64,000 nucleotides of DNA from Andalucia godoyi And28 (lineage: Eukaryota; Protista; Jakobida): NCBI GenBank assembly GCA_009859145.1, contig VRVR01000028.1, positions 98,438 to 162,437 on the forward strand, given 5' to 3'. The position numbers and the translations under genes were made by a program. Positions 44,404 to 56,200 of this stretch are shown here, piece by piece; within the stretch, counting starts at the first letter, position 1; each line of letters opens with the position of its first letter. A model generated the notes under the pieces. It made no database searches, was not told the DNA's origin, and was given only the letters and a program-made list of their open reading frames with translations.

Positions 44404-45936
44404 ATGAGCAGTACTTTCGAGCAGTACTTCCGAGAGCGCGCTGGATCCCCGAAGGTGAGGAGGCTTCATTGGGCCGACATTACGCACAAGACAATGGTTA
44501 GGATGCGTCGAATGCAGTACTATTGCCGACTGGGATTGGCGTGGATGCAGGCTGCACATTCATCATCATCATCAGCATCGTCGTCGTCGTCGTCGTTGCT
44601 GTTTTTTAGTACCACATGTAGCAGCAGCTTCTCAACCTTGGATTTCAAAAACAGACTGCCCGGGAATCATGTTTGTCGCTTCTCTACCACCTCCTCGTCG
44701 TCATCATCCGCTGATCAAAATGGGAATGCGTCGAGTAGTTTTGACGCTGCATTGTTTTCACAGAATGTGCGAAAAGCCTTTGCAAAGCTCGATGACGTGT
44801 CTTCGTTTTACTCGTCGCAGGATTTGTTTCATAGACTGGAAATGCTGTCCAAGCGGATCAGCCAAGGCAGCCAGGAGGATCTGTGGAAAGATCCTGAAAA
44901 GGCGCAGGAAACCATCAGAACGCATGCACAGCTGGAATCACAAGTTCGTCAATTGGACAGCTTTTTCGCCGAGCTGACGGAAATCCAAGAAATGATCAGC
45001 ATGATTACGAGAGAGCAGGATGCATCGCTGGAGGAAGCGTCATTGTTGGTTCAGGAACAGTTGGACAAGTTTCGGAATTGCAGTCGGGGTATTGATCAGC
45101 TGCACGTCCAGACGCTTCTGACAGGACCGTACGATCTCCTGCGCGGCTGCTTCTTGGAGATTCATGCAGGGGCCGGTGGTACCGAGTCGTGCGATTGGAC
45201 CGAGATGGTGTGCAACATGTACCAGCAATATTGTGGAAAATCAAGGCGGTTTTCTTGCTCAATCGTGGACCGGCGCCCTGGAGAAACAGCGGGCATCAAG
45301 TCGGTCACGTTGCATGTGGAGGGCGAGTGTGCGTATGGGTTCTGGAGACAAGAAGAAGGAGTCCACCGGCTAGTGCGAATGTCCCCGTTTGATTCTTCCG
45401 GAAAAAGACATACCTCATTTTCGTCCGTCTCTGTCTATCCAGATCACACTTCTTCATCAGCCCCGTCTCGATCGTCGTCCTCCTCATCCTCAACGGCACC
45501 GACACCCGGTTTTGTGCAGGTTCCGCAAGTCCAAGAATCCGATCTGCGAATTGACACATATCGTGCAGGAGGCGCGGGAGGCCAGCATGTCAACAAGACC
45601 GAGTCTGCGGTTCGAATCACCCACATTCCGTCTGGTCTTGTGGTGACCTGCCAGAATGAACGTTCGCAGCATCGCAACAAGGCAACCGCAATGGCAATGC
45701 TCCAGTCTCGACTGCAGAAACTCAGAGACTGCCAGGTCGCATCAGCAAAACAGCAGCATGCTGCTGAATTGGGAGACAATGCATTTGGCAACCAAATCAG
45801 ATCCTATGTCTTGGCTCCGTATCGACAAGTCAAGGATCTTCGAACGGGTGTCACCATCACCAATCCACAGGCGCTTTTGGACGGCGATCCCGAGCTCCTC
45901 GAATCGCTTGTCAATGCGGCCATGAAGGAAGGCTAA
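44404..45936 (+). CDS. prfB: Bacterial-type peptide chain release factor 2, probably mitochondrial
   Basis: AGAGGTESCDW, RMSPF (RF2-specific SPF), GAGGQHVNKTESAVR, NERSQHRNK, FGNQIRSYV; Arg/Ser-rich N-terminal extension; start ATG uncertain. Confidence 0.93.
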   Translation: MSSTFEQYFRERAGSPKVRRLHWADITHKTMVRMRRMQYYCRLGLAWMQAAHSSSSSASSSSSSLLFFSTTCSSSFSTLDFKNRLPGNHVCRFSTTSSSSSSADQNGNASSSFDAALFSQNVRKAFAKLDDVSSFYSSQDLFHRLEMLSKRISQGSQEDLWKDPEKAQETIRTHAQLESQVRQLDSFFAELTEIQEMISMITREQDASLEEASLLVQEQLDKFRNCSRGIDQLHVQTLLTGPYDLLRGCFLEIHAGAGGTESCDWTEMVCNMYQQYCGKSRRFSCSIVDRRPGETAGIKSVTLHVEGECAYGFWRQEEGVHRLVRMSPFDSSGKRHTSFSSVSVYPDHTSSSAPSRSSSSSSSTAPTPGFVQVPQVQESDLRIDTYRAGGAGGQHVNKTESAVRITHIPSGLVVTCQNERSQHRNKATAMAMLQSRLQKLRDCQVASAKQQHAAELGDNAFGNQIRSYVLAPYRQVKDLRTGVTITNPQALLDGDPELLESLVNAAMKEG

Positions 45937-46088
45937 GGATGTTTTTCCTCGTAAAAAACTGGTACCGGAATCGTTCACGCTTTTCACAGCACCAACGTTC
46001 GTAGGCGGGGGGTTATGATCATCTGTTGTAAAAACCAAAATGGCGTTTTCATTAGCAGCGGCTCATTAAAGCGGAAAAAAAAGGGGCT

Positions 46089-46108
46089 CGGAACCCTAGG
46101 CTAGGGTT
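46089..46108. promoter_or_regulatory. Palindromic double telo-box upstream of RPS28
   Basis: CGGAACCCTAGGCTAGGGTT, 19/20 identical to 22453-22472; about 137 nt before the ATG. Confidence 0.7.
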
Positions 46109-46244
46109 GCTTTTGATTGCAGACCGCCACGATAATTCTCCTCGACTAAATGGAGACGGCCGAGGAAAAAAACCAGCAAAGAGGTTTCAATTTCTGCGTT
46201 TGTTTTCTTCCTAGCTTTGTGCATCGTTCTCCCTCACACAAACA

Positions 46245-46445
46245 ATGGAAAACCAGCCAGCCAAGTTCTGCCGTGTCGTCAAGATCCTCGGCCGCACCGG
46301 TTCTCGAGGTGGTGTCACCCAGGTCCGTGTCCAGTTCGTCGACGACGCATCCCGCTCTATCATCCGCAACGTCAAGGGACCGATCAAGGAGGGAGATGTT
46401 CTCACTCTGCTCGAAACTGAGCGTGAAGCCCGCCGCCTCCGCTAA
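46245..46445 (+). CDS. RPS28: 40S ribosomal protein S28 (eS28)
   Basis: [21 protein letters not shown]...[26 protein letters not shown]. Confidence 0.98.
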   Translation: MENQPAKFCRVVKILGRTGSRGGVTQVRVQFVDDASRSIIRNVKGPIKEGDVLTLLETEREARRLR

Positions 46446-47017
46446 GCCCCCAGACTTGCAGGCACATTATTCGCGACACTTCGATTTCTAGATGTTTTGT
46501 TCGTTGGTGTACAAGTTTGTCGATATTTTTGTTTTGTTCATTTTTTTATATTAATCATGTTATTTAATATCAGTATCCTCCATCGCTTTTCTTTTCCTGT
46601 TTTTCATCGTGGTTTTCGGCGTATTTCTCTGTGGTATCGCGCAGTGTTGGTGCTGCTGAAGAGGTTGGAAGACCGTTTTTTCCCCATCTCCCCATGTTGA
46701 CGCGTTTTGGTTGTGCTGTCGCTGAGTCGCTTGCTTGTTGTCATCCGATGGACTTGTTGCATTCATGCATGGCTTTTCTTCCGCTCTTGCATGCAGTGCT
46801 TCGTTAATTGGAGTGTTGCAGACTGAGAATCACGTCTTTCCCTTGGAATTCTGCTCTCTCCTTCCGACTTGCATTCTGTTCTCTGCACATCCACGAAAGA
46901 ACACACAACACACACGATACTTGACACACGACATCTATTCACACGAAAAAAGCATTGCTCACCAAACCAAAAACAAAACAGACAAACAAACCAAAAAAAA
47001 AACACTTTATAAACACA

Positions 47018-50000
47018 CTAGGAAAAACGGGCCACCTTGGAAGCTGGACCCGACACTGCCGAGTCCTGTTCATCGAGAGGCCGCTTGCGATCTGCAATCC
47101 GATCCTCGGGTGTTTCGGCAGGTTTGGGTGTCTTAACGGTGCTCGCTGGATCAGGATCAGGATCTGCAAAGTCAAGATCGACAAATCCAGTCGCCTCGTC
47201 TTCGTCGTTGGCGTCACCGAGCAGAAATTCAATCATTTCGCGCTTTCCACTGGATTCCTCTCGTGTCTCCACTTGCTGTGCCTTGCCAGCGTCGTATACC
47301 GCTGCTTGAACCATGCGTTTCTGCCTGGCACGTAGCATGACCCGCTGTTCAATGGTTCCGCGAGCAACAAGTCTGTACACAGTAACCTGTTTCGTCTGGC
47401 CAATACGGTGCGCACGATCCGTCGCCTGCTCATCGCTTGTTGGATTCCAATCGTGATCAAAGAATATCACAGTGTCGGCCGCAGTAAGAGTGATACCTAG
47501 GCCTCCAGCGCGTGTGGAAAGCATAAACAAGAAGATGTCGTCTCGAGTCTGGAAATCATGCACACGATCTCGACGCTCCGAAACCGCAGTGGAGCCGTCC
47601 ATGCGAAGGAAGACATAGCCTCTTGCGTGAAAATAGTCGTCCAAGATATCCATCATGCGAGTCATTTGGCAAAAGACAAGAGCCCGGTGACCTTCGCGCG
47701 CAAGTCGAAGCAACAATCGATCAATCATAATCATCTTACCAGAGTAAAAGATCAGCTTTCGCAGCGACGGAAATCGAATCAGATGCGATCGACGATTCAG
47801 CACTGCGGTTGCAACTCGACAGCCCAGCGCGACTTCAGGCCATAGTGATTCCACTGCAGTGATGCGATCCTTGTGAGAGAATGCAGCATCCCGGTAATTC
47901 ACTCGGAATGTGCCACCATATGGAATCAGCGAAGACGTCAACAGCGACAGCATGAATGGATGCTGCTCCAACCAACACGTCGATTGGACAAGAAATCGCC
48001 GATCCGAAACGATCATCCGAGCCGGATACGCTTGCACTTTCGGAGTGCAAAGATGAGTCAGAATGTCATCGCAGAAAGAAAGCGCCTCCGCCCGCGCTCG
48101 CTTTCGTACGCCAATTGTGGAGGGTCTCGTGGTATGCTCCTCAATCCATGCATCCGCAACGAACAGCAAGTCTTCATACATTGCACGAGTTTCGCGTGTG
48201 AATGAAATATCGGTCGCCTTGGAGCGAGACAGTCTCAATGCTGGAAGCTCATCTCTTCCGTTATCCGAACGCGTAGACATCATCTTGGCGTTCTTGCGAG
48301 CGTAGCTGACAAAGGATAAAATCTGCAATCGGGGATCCGAAATCTGAAGACAGCAGTCTTCAATGCAAACTCTGTGACGAACATAGGCGGGCGGCATACG
48401 ATAGGTTCCAAATGCACTTTCTGCAGGCGGCGTCGACAGACGACGAGCACGAAAGAAATCGTACGGAGAAATGGAAAATAGACTGTCAAAAGGGGTGAAC
48501 ATCGTACTAAATTGCAGGACAACAGTTCGCGGGACCAGCAACTCAATCTTATCGTCACTCTTTCCCATGAACAATGGAGATCGTACTGGCTCGTGCTCGA
48601 ACAGTGAGGGGTGGTTGCACACCTTGCGTAACTGCATTACCATATTCATCAATTCGGAGTCCTTTTGTGCAGCAACAGTAACCTTTGACTGCATCAAAAT
48701 CCTCTTCTTCAAGTGCTCGTACAGCGCAACCTGCATCGGGGTCAGTTGGCACGAAACTTGCAATTCCACCTTCGGCGCCATCTCAGACTCGACATCGCGC
48801 TTAATGCGGCGAAGCATAAACGGCTTCAAAATTGCCTGCAATTTTTCAACCTGGTCTGTTCTGATTTTCGATGTTTTCACGGCTTGGGCTTCAATGTCTT
48901 TTGCAAACCACTGGGCGAACTCATCGTGCGATTCGAACAGCGTTGGCATTATGAAATGCAACAAGGCCCACAGCTCAGCCATGTTGTTTTGAATGGGAGT
49001 GCCCGTAAGCAGCAAGCGATTTCGAGAGTGGAACCGCAGAAGGGTCTGCCAACGTTGTGAGGCAGAGGATTTGATGGCATGCGCTTCGTCGAGCACAAGA
49101 TACTGCCAACCAAGTTTTCCGAAGTACTTGTCATCATCAACAACAATTTTGTACGATGTGATGACAACATGAAAAGGAGAATTACGTTGGTGAAGACGCT
49201 CGTCATTCCAGGACCTTCGAAGAATCTTCCGATCGCGAGCAGGTCCCCAGTACGGCAGAGTCCTAAGAGATGGACAGAATCGCGCGAGCTCCTGTTGCCA
49301 GTTGTGAAGCGTCGCCGTTGGAGCGATGATCAGGAACGGACCCCAGAGGCCTTTGACGGTTGCCAAATGATTCAGGAAACAGATCGTCTGAATTGTTTTG
49401 CCCAGGCCCATTTCATCTGCAAGGATACCATTAATGCCTTGGTCATACAAAGAAACAAGCCACTGAACTCCTTTTCGTTGATACGGCTTCAGCTCGCCTT
49501 TGAAATCCCCTAGACTGATTGGGGCCATATCCGGTTCTTCCGGTTCAATGACAGCATGTTTGGAGTCGTGCGGGTCCAGCGGCTTCTCAGCATACCCATC
49601 AAACTCTTCCAAATGTCCTATGTGATTCTCAATGATGCGCGCAGCTTCCATCTGTGCCTCGGCTTCATCGGTTCCTTCCAGTTGCACAACACCACTAACC
49701 TGGCTTCCAGCAGAGGCTCCAACTTTCTTTGCCATGAAATGTGAAAAAATCTCTGTCTGTCTAAGCAAGAAATTGAGCTTCTTTTGCTGTCTCGTCGCTT
49801 CGCGTTCTTCTTCTTCACGTCGCATTCGGTCTGTGGTTTCCTTGTCCACCTTTCTCTGGGCCTCTGCAGCAGACTTTTCATTCCGCTTCCACGCAAACAC
49901 AAGATCCCTGGCGACTCTTTTGGCGCGCGTAACTGCATCCTTTTGGGCCCTCCTAACATTTGTTGCTCTCTTTGACTGCTCTTTTCGAACATTGTGAGCG

Positions 50001-51517
50001 GTCCGTTTGGCGGCGGCCAACATATTCGAATACCGCTGAAAATTCGACTTGTACCAGTTCGGAATCTCAACGCTTGCAATGAGTTTCCACGACGCGGAGA
50101 CGCGCGCCGCAACGGACTCGAGCTGTCGAGCCCTGAAACTGCGGATGTCGTCTCTCATTGCCTGGGTGCTTCTCTTTGCTTCCGCTTCCATATCAGCAAT
50201 GGTCAACACGCTGTTCGGAGTACTGTTCCACAGATTCGGCAAGGCTTCGACGCCCAGCTTCGGCCCACTACGCGACAGAGGTTGCAGATGGGAGCGCACA
50301 GCCTGTTGCACCGAATGGGATTGCAGCAGCGAAAATTCCAGAGCAAACGAGTCCCAGTGATACGCAGCAGGCAACTTCCAGTCCACCGATCCCAACTGAT
50401 CCCACAGTCCAGATGAAACTGTGGTTGGCCACGCAGAGGGCAGTGCGACGGGCACTGTGTCGGATCCAAAATAAAGCTGCATCCTCGTTTTCCGGCTTGC
50501 ACCAAACATTTTTTGCCGGCCTGCATTCAGTCTTTTCAGTCGTCTGATCTTGTCCACTGCCGTCACAAGATCCTTGAATTCGAACTTCAAACTAGGCTTC
50601 TTGTCTGCCTTTTCAGGCTGATTAGGGTGTGACTGCTGCCTCTCGTGCTGCTGCAGCACAATTGCCGCAGTTCGATCCACCATCCAATTGTAATACGATT
50701 CCAAGTCCGCGTAGTAGCCTTCATTTGTTTTCGCAGCAATAAAACCCAACCAGTTTCGATACTCTTCTTCGTCGCTGTCACGCGAAGCTGGCTTTTCCTT
50801 CTGTTCACTCCACAGCTGAGCAACGAGTGCATTTCCATCCGAACCGAGCTGAGGAACACTTGTTGAAACCGGTTTCCAATCGTCCTTCCGCACAGCCAGC
50901 AAGATGCCATTCTTTGAGAACCCCGGTCCGTACCCCGCATTTCGCTTCCCGCCGCCATCCATTCCCTCATCGGATGCTGTCTTTGGCGCTGACCCCGCAG
51001 CACTGCTGCCGCCTGCGCTCGCACCTTTCCTCTCCCTGCTTTTAGAAGGCGCGTTCGACGCCGAGCCTCTCAAATGCCCAGCAGAAGGCCCCCCTGCCTG
51101 ATGACCGTTACTTGAACCAGCGCTGCTGTTCTTGGCACCCGCATAAAATGCGTTCGCCGCAATATTCCTTGATTTCGGCACGGGTCCGAGGTGGTCTGAA
51201 GCATCATCACCACCACCACCGCCACCACCACCGCCACCGCCACCGCCACCGCCGCTTCTGCCATTTACGTGATTTGCAGCCGTGAGACTATGCGACAGCG
51301 AAGACTGAGAGTTGGAGAGCAAAGAACGGGCAGTCGGCAGCGTGCGAGAACGACTACTTTTTCTCGAAGACGTCTGCACCCCTCCACCACCAGCAGCAAG
51401 AGTAGGAGCAGGAGGAGTAACCACCGAAGAAGACGAAGAAGAAGACGAAGAAGAAGACGAAGAAGAAGAAGAAGAAGAAGGAAGGGCAGTCACCTCCGTT
51501 TGATTCGTTGTCGACAT
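47018..51517 (-). CDS. INO80: INO80 chromatin-remodelling ATPase
   Basis: DBINO domain (RAKRVARD..WKRNEK..EEEEREATRQQKKLNFLLRQTEIFSHF), GILADEMGLGKT, DEAH, split ATPase, QATDRAHRIGQ; 1499 aa from ATG 51517. Confidence 0.95.
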   Translation of the reverse strand: MSTTNQTEVTALPSSSSSSSSSSSSSSSSSSVVTPPAPTLAAGGGGVQTSSRKSSRSRTLPTARSLLSNSQSSLSHSLTAANHVNGRSGGGGGGGGGGGGGGGDDASDHLGPVPKSRNIAANAFYAGAKNSSAGSSNGHQAGGPSAGHLRGSASNAPSKSRERKGASAGGSSAAGSAPKTASDEGMDGGGKRNAGYGPGFSKNGILLAVRKDDWKPVSTSVPQLGSDGNALVAQLWSEQKEKPASRDSDEEEYRNWLGFIAAKTNEGYYADLESYYNWMVDRTAAIVLQQHERQQSHPNQPEKADKKPSLKFEFKDLVTAVDKIRRLKRLNAGRQKMFGASRKTRMQLYFGSDTVPVALPSAWPTTVSSGLWDQLGSVDWKLPAAYHWDSFALEFSLLQSHSVQQAVRSHLQPLSRSGPKLGVEALPNLWNSTPNSVLTIADMEAEAKRSTQAMRDDIRSFRARQLESVAARVSASWKLIASVEIPNWYKSNFQRYSNMLAAAKRTAHNVRKEQSKRATNVRRAQKDAVTRAKRVARDLVFAWKRNEKSAAEAQRKVDKETTDRMRREEEEREATRQQKKLNFLLRQTEIFSHFMAKKVGASAGSQVSGVVQLEGTDEAEAQMEAARIIENHIGHLEEFDGYAEKPLDPHDSKHAVIEPEEPDMAPISLGDFKGELKPYQRKGVQWLVSLYDQGINGILADEMGLGKTIQTICFLNHLATVKGLWGPFLIIAPTATLHNWQQELARFCPSLRTLPYWGPARDRKILRRSWNDERLHQRNSPFHVVITSYKIVVDDDKYFGKLGWQYLVLDEAHAIKSSASQRWQTLLRFHSRNRLLLTGTPIQNNMAELWALLHFIMPTLFESHDEFAQWFAKDIEAQAVKTSKIRTDQVEKLQAILKPFMLRRIKRDVESEMAPKVELQVSCQLTPMQVALYEHLKKRILMQSKVTVAAQKDSELMNMVMQLRKVCNHPSLFEHEPVRSPLFMGKSDDKIELLVPRTVVLQFSTMFTPFDSLFSISPYDFFRARRLSTPPAESAFGTYRMPPAYVRHRVCIEDCCLQISDPRLQILSFVSYARKNAKMMSTRSDNGRDELPALRLSRSKATDISFTRETRAMYEDLLFVADAWIEEHTTRPSTIGVRKRARAEALSFCDDILTHLCTPKVQAYPARMIVSDRRFLVQSTCWLEQHPFMLSLLTSSLIPYGGTFRVNYRDAAFSHKDRITAVESLWPEVALGCRVATAVLNRRSHLIRFPSLRKLIFYSGKMIMIDRLLLRLAREGHRALVFCQMTRMMDILDDYFHARGYVFLRMDGSTAVSERRDRVHDFQTRDDIFLFMLSTRAGGLGITLTAADTVIFFDHDWNPTSDEQATDRAHRIGQTKQVTVYRLVARGTIEQRVMLRARQKRMVQAAVYDAGKAQQVETREESSGKREMIEFLLGDANDEDEATGFVDLDFADPDPDPASTVKTPKPAETPEDRIADRKRPLDEQDSAVSGPASKVARFS

Positions 51518-51558
51518 GGACTCCTTTTTGCCGTCCTGTTTGTTGCCTGTGCGACGAC

Positions 51559-51560
<2 letters not shown>

Positions 51561-51592
<32 letters not shown>

Positions 51593-51611
51593 GAAGAAGA
51601 AGAAGAAGAAG
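51561..51611. repeat. Compound (AAC)10(AAG)7 microsatellite upstream of the INO80 start
   Basis: Direct reading. Confidence 0.9.
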
Positions 51612-52080
51612 AAAAATGAGAATCAACCAGGAGCAAAAGAGGGAACACACGAAAGAAGAAAGAGAGAAAGAAAAGGGGGAAAACAAAAGAAAAGAAAAAG
51701 AAAAGAGATGGAGCGAGTGTTAGTTTGAGAGAGAAGATGTGAATAAGGATCGGAAAAAAAAAAGGAATCGATGAAAAAAACCAATAATAATAAATAAAAT
51801 AAATAAAATAATGACCATTAAGAACTTTACGAGGTAATAATAATAATAATAATAATCTCCATTGGTGGGGGTTTGTTTTGTAATGGGGCAAAGGGAACCC
51901 AAAAGGAATCAAAAGACCAAGAGCAGGAGAAAAAACAGGAGACACAATCGAGTGCGCTGCAGATTTTTCAAATTTTAAATTAAAAAATATATAATTAAAA
52001 GATAATAAGAATAAGAAAACTGGGCTTCTTGACCCAAAAAGGCAGCACGGAAAAAAAGCCGCCATCAAAAGAAAAGCCAA

Positions 52081-52111
<31 letters not shown>

Positions 52112-52534
52112 AGATTACAGAGGGCGGGGAAAAATGGATCGGAGAAAAAAAAATAAAAATCAAAATAAAGAATTTCCCGCTCTCGAACTCGCGACCTTTT
52201 TGCAGAGGGGGAGAGACAGAGTTGAGGCCTTGAGGGTAGATATGAAAAATAAAAAGAGGCGCGCATTTCTGTTTCCCAACGATTCCTTTCTTTCTCTCCT
52301 TTCTTTCTTATTTATTAATTAATTTAATATTGATTTTAAAACATTGATTTTTCTCTCTCTCCCTCCTGGTAATTGTGTTTTTTCTTTCGCTTTTGGATAC
52401 TCGTACGTACTGTCGCGGTGTCTACTGCCCGTTCGTGCATTCGTTGGCATTCATTCGCATCAACCGCGCATCCGCTGCATTAACCGCGACAGACAAGAAG
52501 GAACAGCTGGACACGCGGGACAGGGGAAAAAAAG

Positions 52535-53110
52535 ATGAGTGATCTTGAAAGCGAATCTTTGCTGGTTCCAAAGACAACAGTGGCTGCGATTTTGAAAGAC
52601 TCGTTGCCTGAGCATATGCGCTGCGGAGGAGACACAAAGGATCTGTTGACGTTGTTATGCACACAGTTTATCCAGCAGATTGCATCCGAGGCAAATGAAC
52701 TTGCGGATAACGAAGGCAAAAAGACAATAATGCCGTCACATGTGCTGGGGGCTCTGGAATCCATGGGGTTTTCTGGACCCGACTGGGATGAAGAAATCCG
52801 GAAAGCTGGAGATGTGTCGAAGCAAGCGCATTCTATCAAGGCAAAGAACTCGGCAAAGTCGAAATGGAAGAATCAGACCATGACGCAGGAGGAACTGCTT
52901 GCGGAACAAGAAAGACTGCATGCTCGAGCATTGGCGTTCCAGAATCTGGAACAGCATCTTGGACATGGTCATGCAGCTCTCGAGATCGACTCCGTGGCCT
53001 CCTCAAGCACGACGGCTGCGGGCAAGGAGTCTGCCCGTATTGGTGGTGGTGGTGATGGTAGTGCCGACGCGGATGCAGATGGTGGTGGAATCAATTTTGA
53101 TGAAGACTGA
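52535..53110 (+). CDS. DR1: Negative cofactor 2 beta subunit (histone fold)
   Basis: VPKTTVAAILKDSLP..CTQFIQQIASEANE..KKTIMPSHVLGALESMGF and TQEELLAEQERLHARA match Dr1/Ncb2. Confidence 0.92.
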   Translation: MSDLESESLLVPKTTVAAILKDSLPEHMRCGGDTKDLLTLLCTQFIQQIASEANELADNEGKKTIMPSHVLGALESMGFSGPDWDEEIRKAGDVSKQAHSIKAKNSAKSKWKNQTMTQEELLAEQERLHARALAFQNLEQHLGHGHAALEIDSVASSSTTAAGKESARIGGGGDGSADADADGGGINFDED

Positions 53111-53207
53111 GAAGACTTTCATGACCGATCGTCCGTTTCAGGATGTTTTCATTGATCATAATGGAGAGGAGGGAGAAGGAAGCACAAGGAAGTCTGTTTG
53201 TCATAAT

Positions 53208-56200
53208 TTATTTTGACATGGGTGCCATCGTCGACGAACCAGGCATGGCAGGCATTGATATCCCCCGCCTAAGTTGCTCGAGCTGTATCTGTGTGGAGCG
53301 AAGATCGGAGATATCTCGGCACACTCCAACAACATAGTATTCCGTCTCGTCTTCGCCGAACACGATTCCAAATCTGCTTTTCTTTGTCATGAAGTACTTG
53401 TCTCCGACCTTGATGTTGCTTTCCACCACCCTGCCAGTTCGCAACACAACCTGTTCTTCTGCATCGCGGTTCAAGGCATCCAGCAAAATCGGATCTGCAT
53501 TCAGCAAAGACTGGAAGGCCTCATTGTACACAACGAGGAGATGGTTCGAGTCCTTGACGAATATCGGGTCCGGCATGTTGTCCAAAATGGACTCGAGCAG
53601 TTCGCGAGCTGCCATAGCATCTTCATGCTGCTCCTGAAGCTTCTTGTGTGCTGCTTTGAGCCGCCGTTTGACTTCCAGCAAATACTTCTTTTCATCGTGG
53701 TGGAAAGCTTCGACGATCATAGCGAGGACCAGATCAAGCACAAACAAGTCAACAATGACAAGGAACAGGATGAAATAGATCCAACCATAGGGGTATTCCT
53801 GGAGTACGCTGTTGGAGATTTCGTAGTATTTGTGACTGAACATGACAATAGAAAGCGAGAAGCAAGTCGTCGAAAACGTCCCAAAATAGTGAGGGGCATA
53901 CCTGGAGAATGCAAACGTGCCAATAATAGCAAAGATGAAAAACACAAGGAATGCCGACAAGAGTATCCAATAAATCTCGGCAATGGTGTTGCGAAGAAAA
54001 ATAAATAACCGGTTCGTTCGGACGAACAATCCAAATACGCGAAACACGCGCACAGAGAGGAAAAACCCCAGAAATGCATATGCAACCTTGCTGTCTCGGG
54101 CGTCAGTACCATATCCAAAAATTGGAAAAATAACAAATTCCAGGTACGTGTATGCGGACCCCGTGAAGACAAAAACATCAAAGACATTCCAAGCATGACG
54201 AAAGAACGACAGCGCTGCTTGCTTCTTTGAAAACAGAGTCGACTTTGTCGCAGTGCGAAAATGAAAAAAGAAATTCAGCAAAATCAAGGAAAATTCGTGG
54301 CACAACAACAGAAACATAACCACTGCAACGAAAATAGGCGGCTGTGCAGCGACCGTTGTCTCTGCCTGGTGGATCCCCTCCGCCTCATACAATGGTGATT
54401 GGAGCCACAGCACAAGCATGAGAAGCTGGAGAGCAAGTGCGAAGCAATGAAGGGAGCGTGCAATCTCCTTCTGGCTCCGTTGAATCCTGCGACGGACACC
54501 AAAACGGCTCCGACGATAAAATTCAGCAGACCCAGGCTCTGCATTTGATTCCGCAAAAGTGCGCGGCGCGTTATTGTACGCAAACAACGTGCTGTCCTTT
54601 TGCGGCGCATTGAATTCTGGCTGAACTCCTCGATCACCCACTGCGTCGCTGGGATGATGATGTTCAGCGCGGCCACTCTTGTGACGCTTTTGGCTTCCGT
54701 CCATTTCCCAATCTCCAGCAAACGAACTTGCATGTTTGCCAGAAGTGGGCGATTCCGGCTTACTGTTGTGGCTGAAATCAAATGACCAGGACTGGCCATT
54801 GTGCGGTGGGTGTCCGACGTCGTTATCATTAACAATATCAGTGGCGTCATCAGCATCATCACGATTCTTTAAACGATCACGATACTTTTCTTCATGGTCC
54901 TCATCCTGTCTACCGCGATTCGTAGCATGCGGCTTCACAGCCCGCTTGCGCATGTCACTTGTCCTTCCTGTGACGTACTTCTTGGTAATTTCATGAAACG
55001 ACAAAGAAGACGAGGGAACGATGCCGGCGCTGCTTGTACCGCCAGGAATGAGAGGGCGTGTGGACGAAACTTCCGACGGACCTAGCACCTCTGGAGATTC
55101 GTAGGCAGAAACAGAAGGAGCAGTAGGAGCCGCTGAGGCAGATTCACCTGGCAATTCAATGGGCGGCGGTCGCACGCTGACGGATGACGAAGATGCGGAA
55201 TGGCCAGAAGTCAACGCCGAGCCAGACGACTTGGATCCGGAGACGCTTCGATCCACATTTCTAGTAGAGCGGTCAGTTTCACCATGAAGACGATGATGCA
55301 GCTCCTGGTGGTCCACATCAACCCGGGCACCGTCATCAGCAACTCCAATCGATTTGCCTATACCGACTTGTTCGCCCACAGAGCTTCGCGCATGGGCGGT
55401 TCCCCCAGAGACTCCTCTCGCCTCTGCTGCAGATGCTTCAAGTTGCTGTTGTTGATGCAGTTGCAGCAAGTGTTGTTGCAGGATCGACATGCTTCTTGAC
55501 TTCAGTGGCTCTCGACTTGGTCGGATCGGAAAAGCCTTTCTCTTTGCAGATACGGAGACTCTGCGCTCCGATTCTGCAAGGGGTGGCGAGATATGGTAAT
55601 CCAGAACGCGCAGATCTTCCACAGTCGACGCATTCCCAGCCGCACCAGCCTCTCCCGCCTCTACGACACCGACACCGGCACCGGCACTCGTACTTGGGTC
55701 AGGACTCAGCTGCAGGGAAGCGCCAACCGGAAACTGCGACGCACCCAAGCTTGTGATTCTTCTCAGTACACTCGCTGGTTGAGTTGTGACTCCAGAAAAC
55801 GACAATGCATTGTGGCTACTGGAAGCACTGTCGTGCAAACCGAGCGTAGGTGCATGCTGTGGAGCAAAAGAGCTCTTGTTTGAAACAAACGAAGACGAGC
55901 GCCGTCTGTTCAAATTCTTGCCATCGCTCGCGTTTCCGTCATTTCCACCCGACTTGTAATGCGGATTATGAAGGAAGTGGGGGTTGAGACGAGGGTTGAG
56001 ATGGAGAGGAGAAGGAGGCGGAGAACGGCTGTCAGCAAAACGACTGTCTAAAACGACTTCACTTTCGTCGTAACCATCCGAATCGTCAAGATGACCGGGA
56101 GGGAGACGCTCGGAATCATCCGAGTCATCCTGGGCATTTCGTTTGGATTCGCTGCCGCCTTTGCCCTTCTTTCGACTTTCAGAAAGATGAAGGAAATCGT

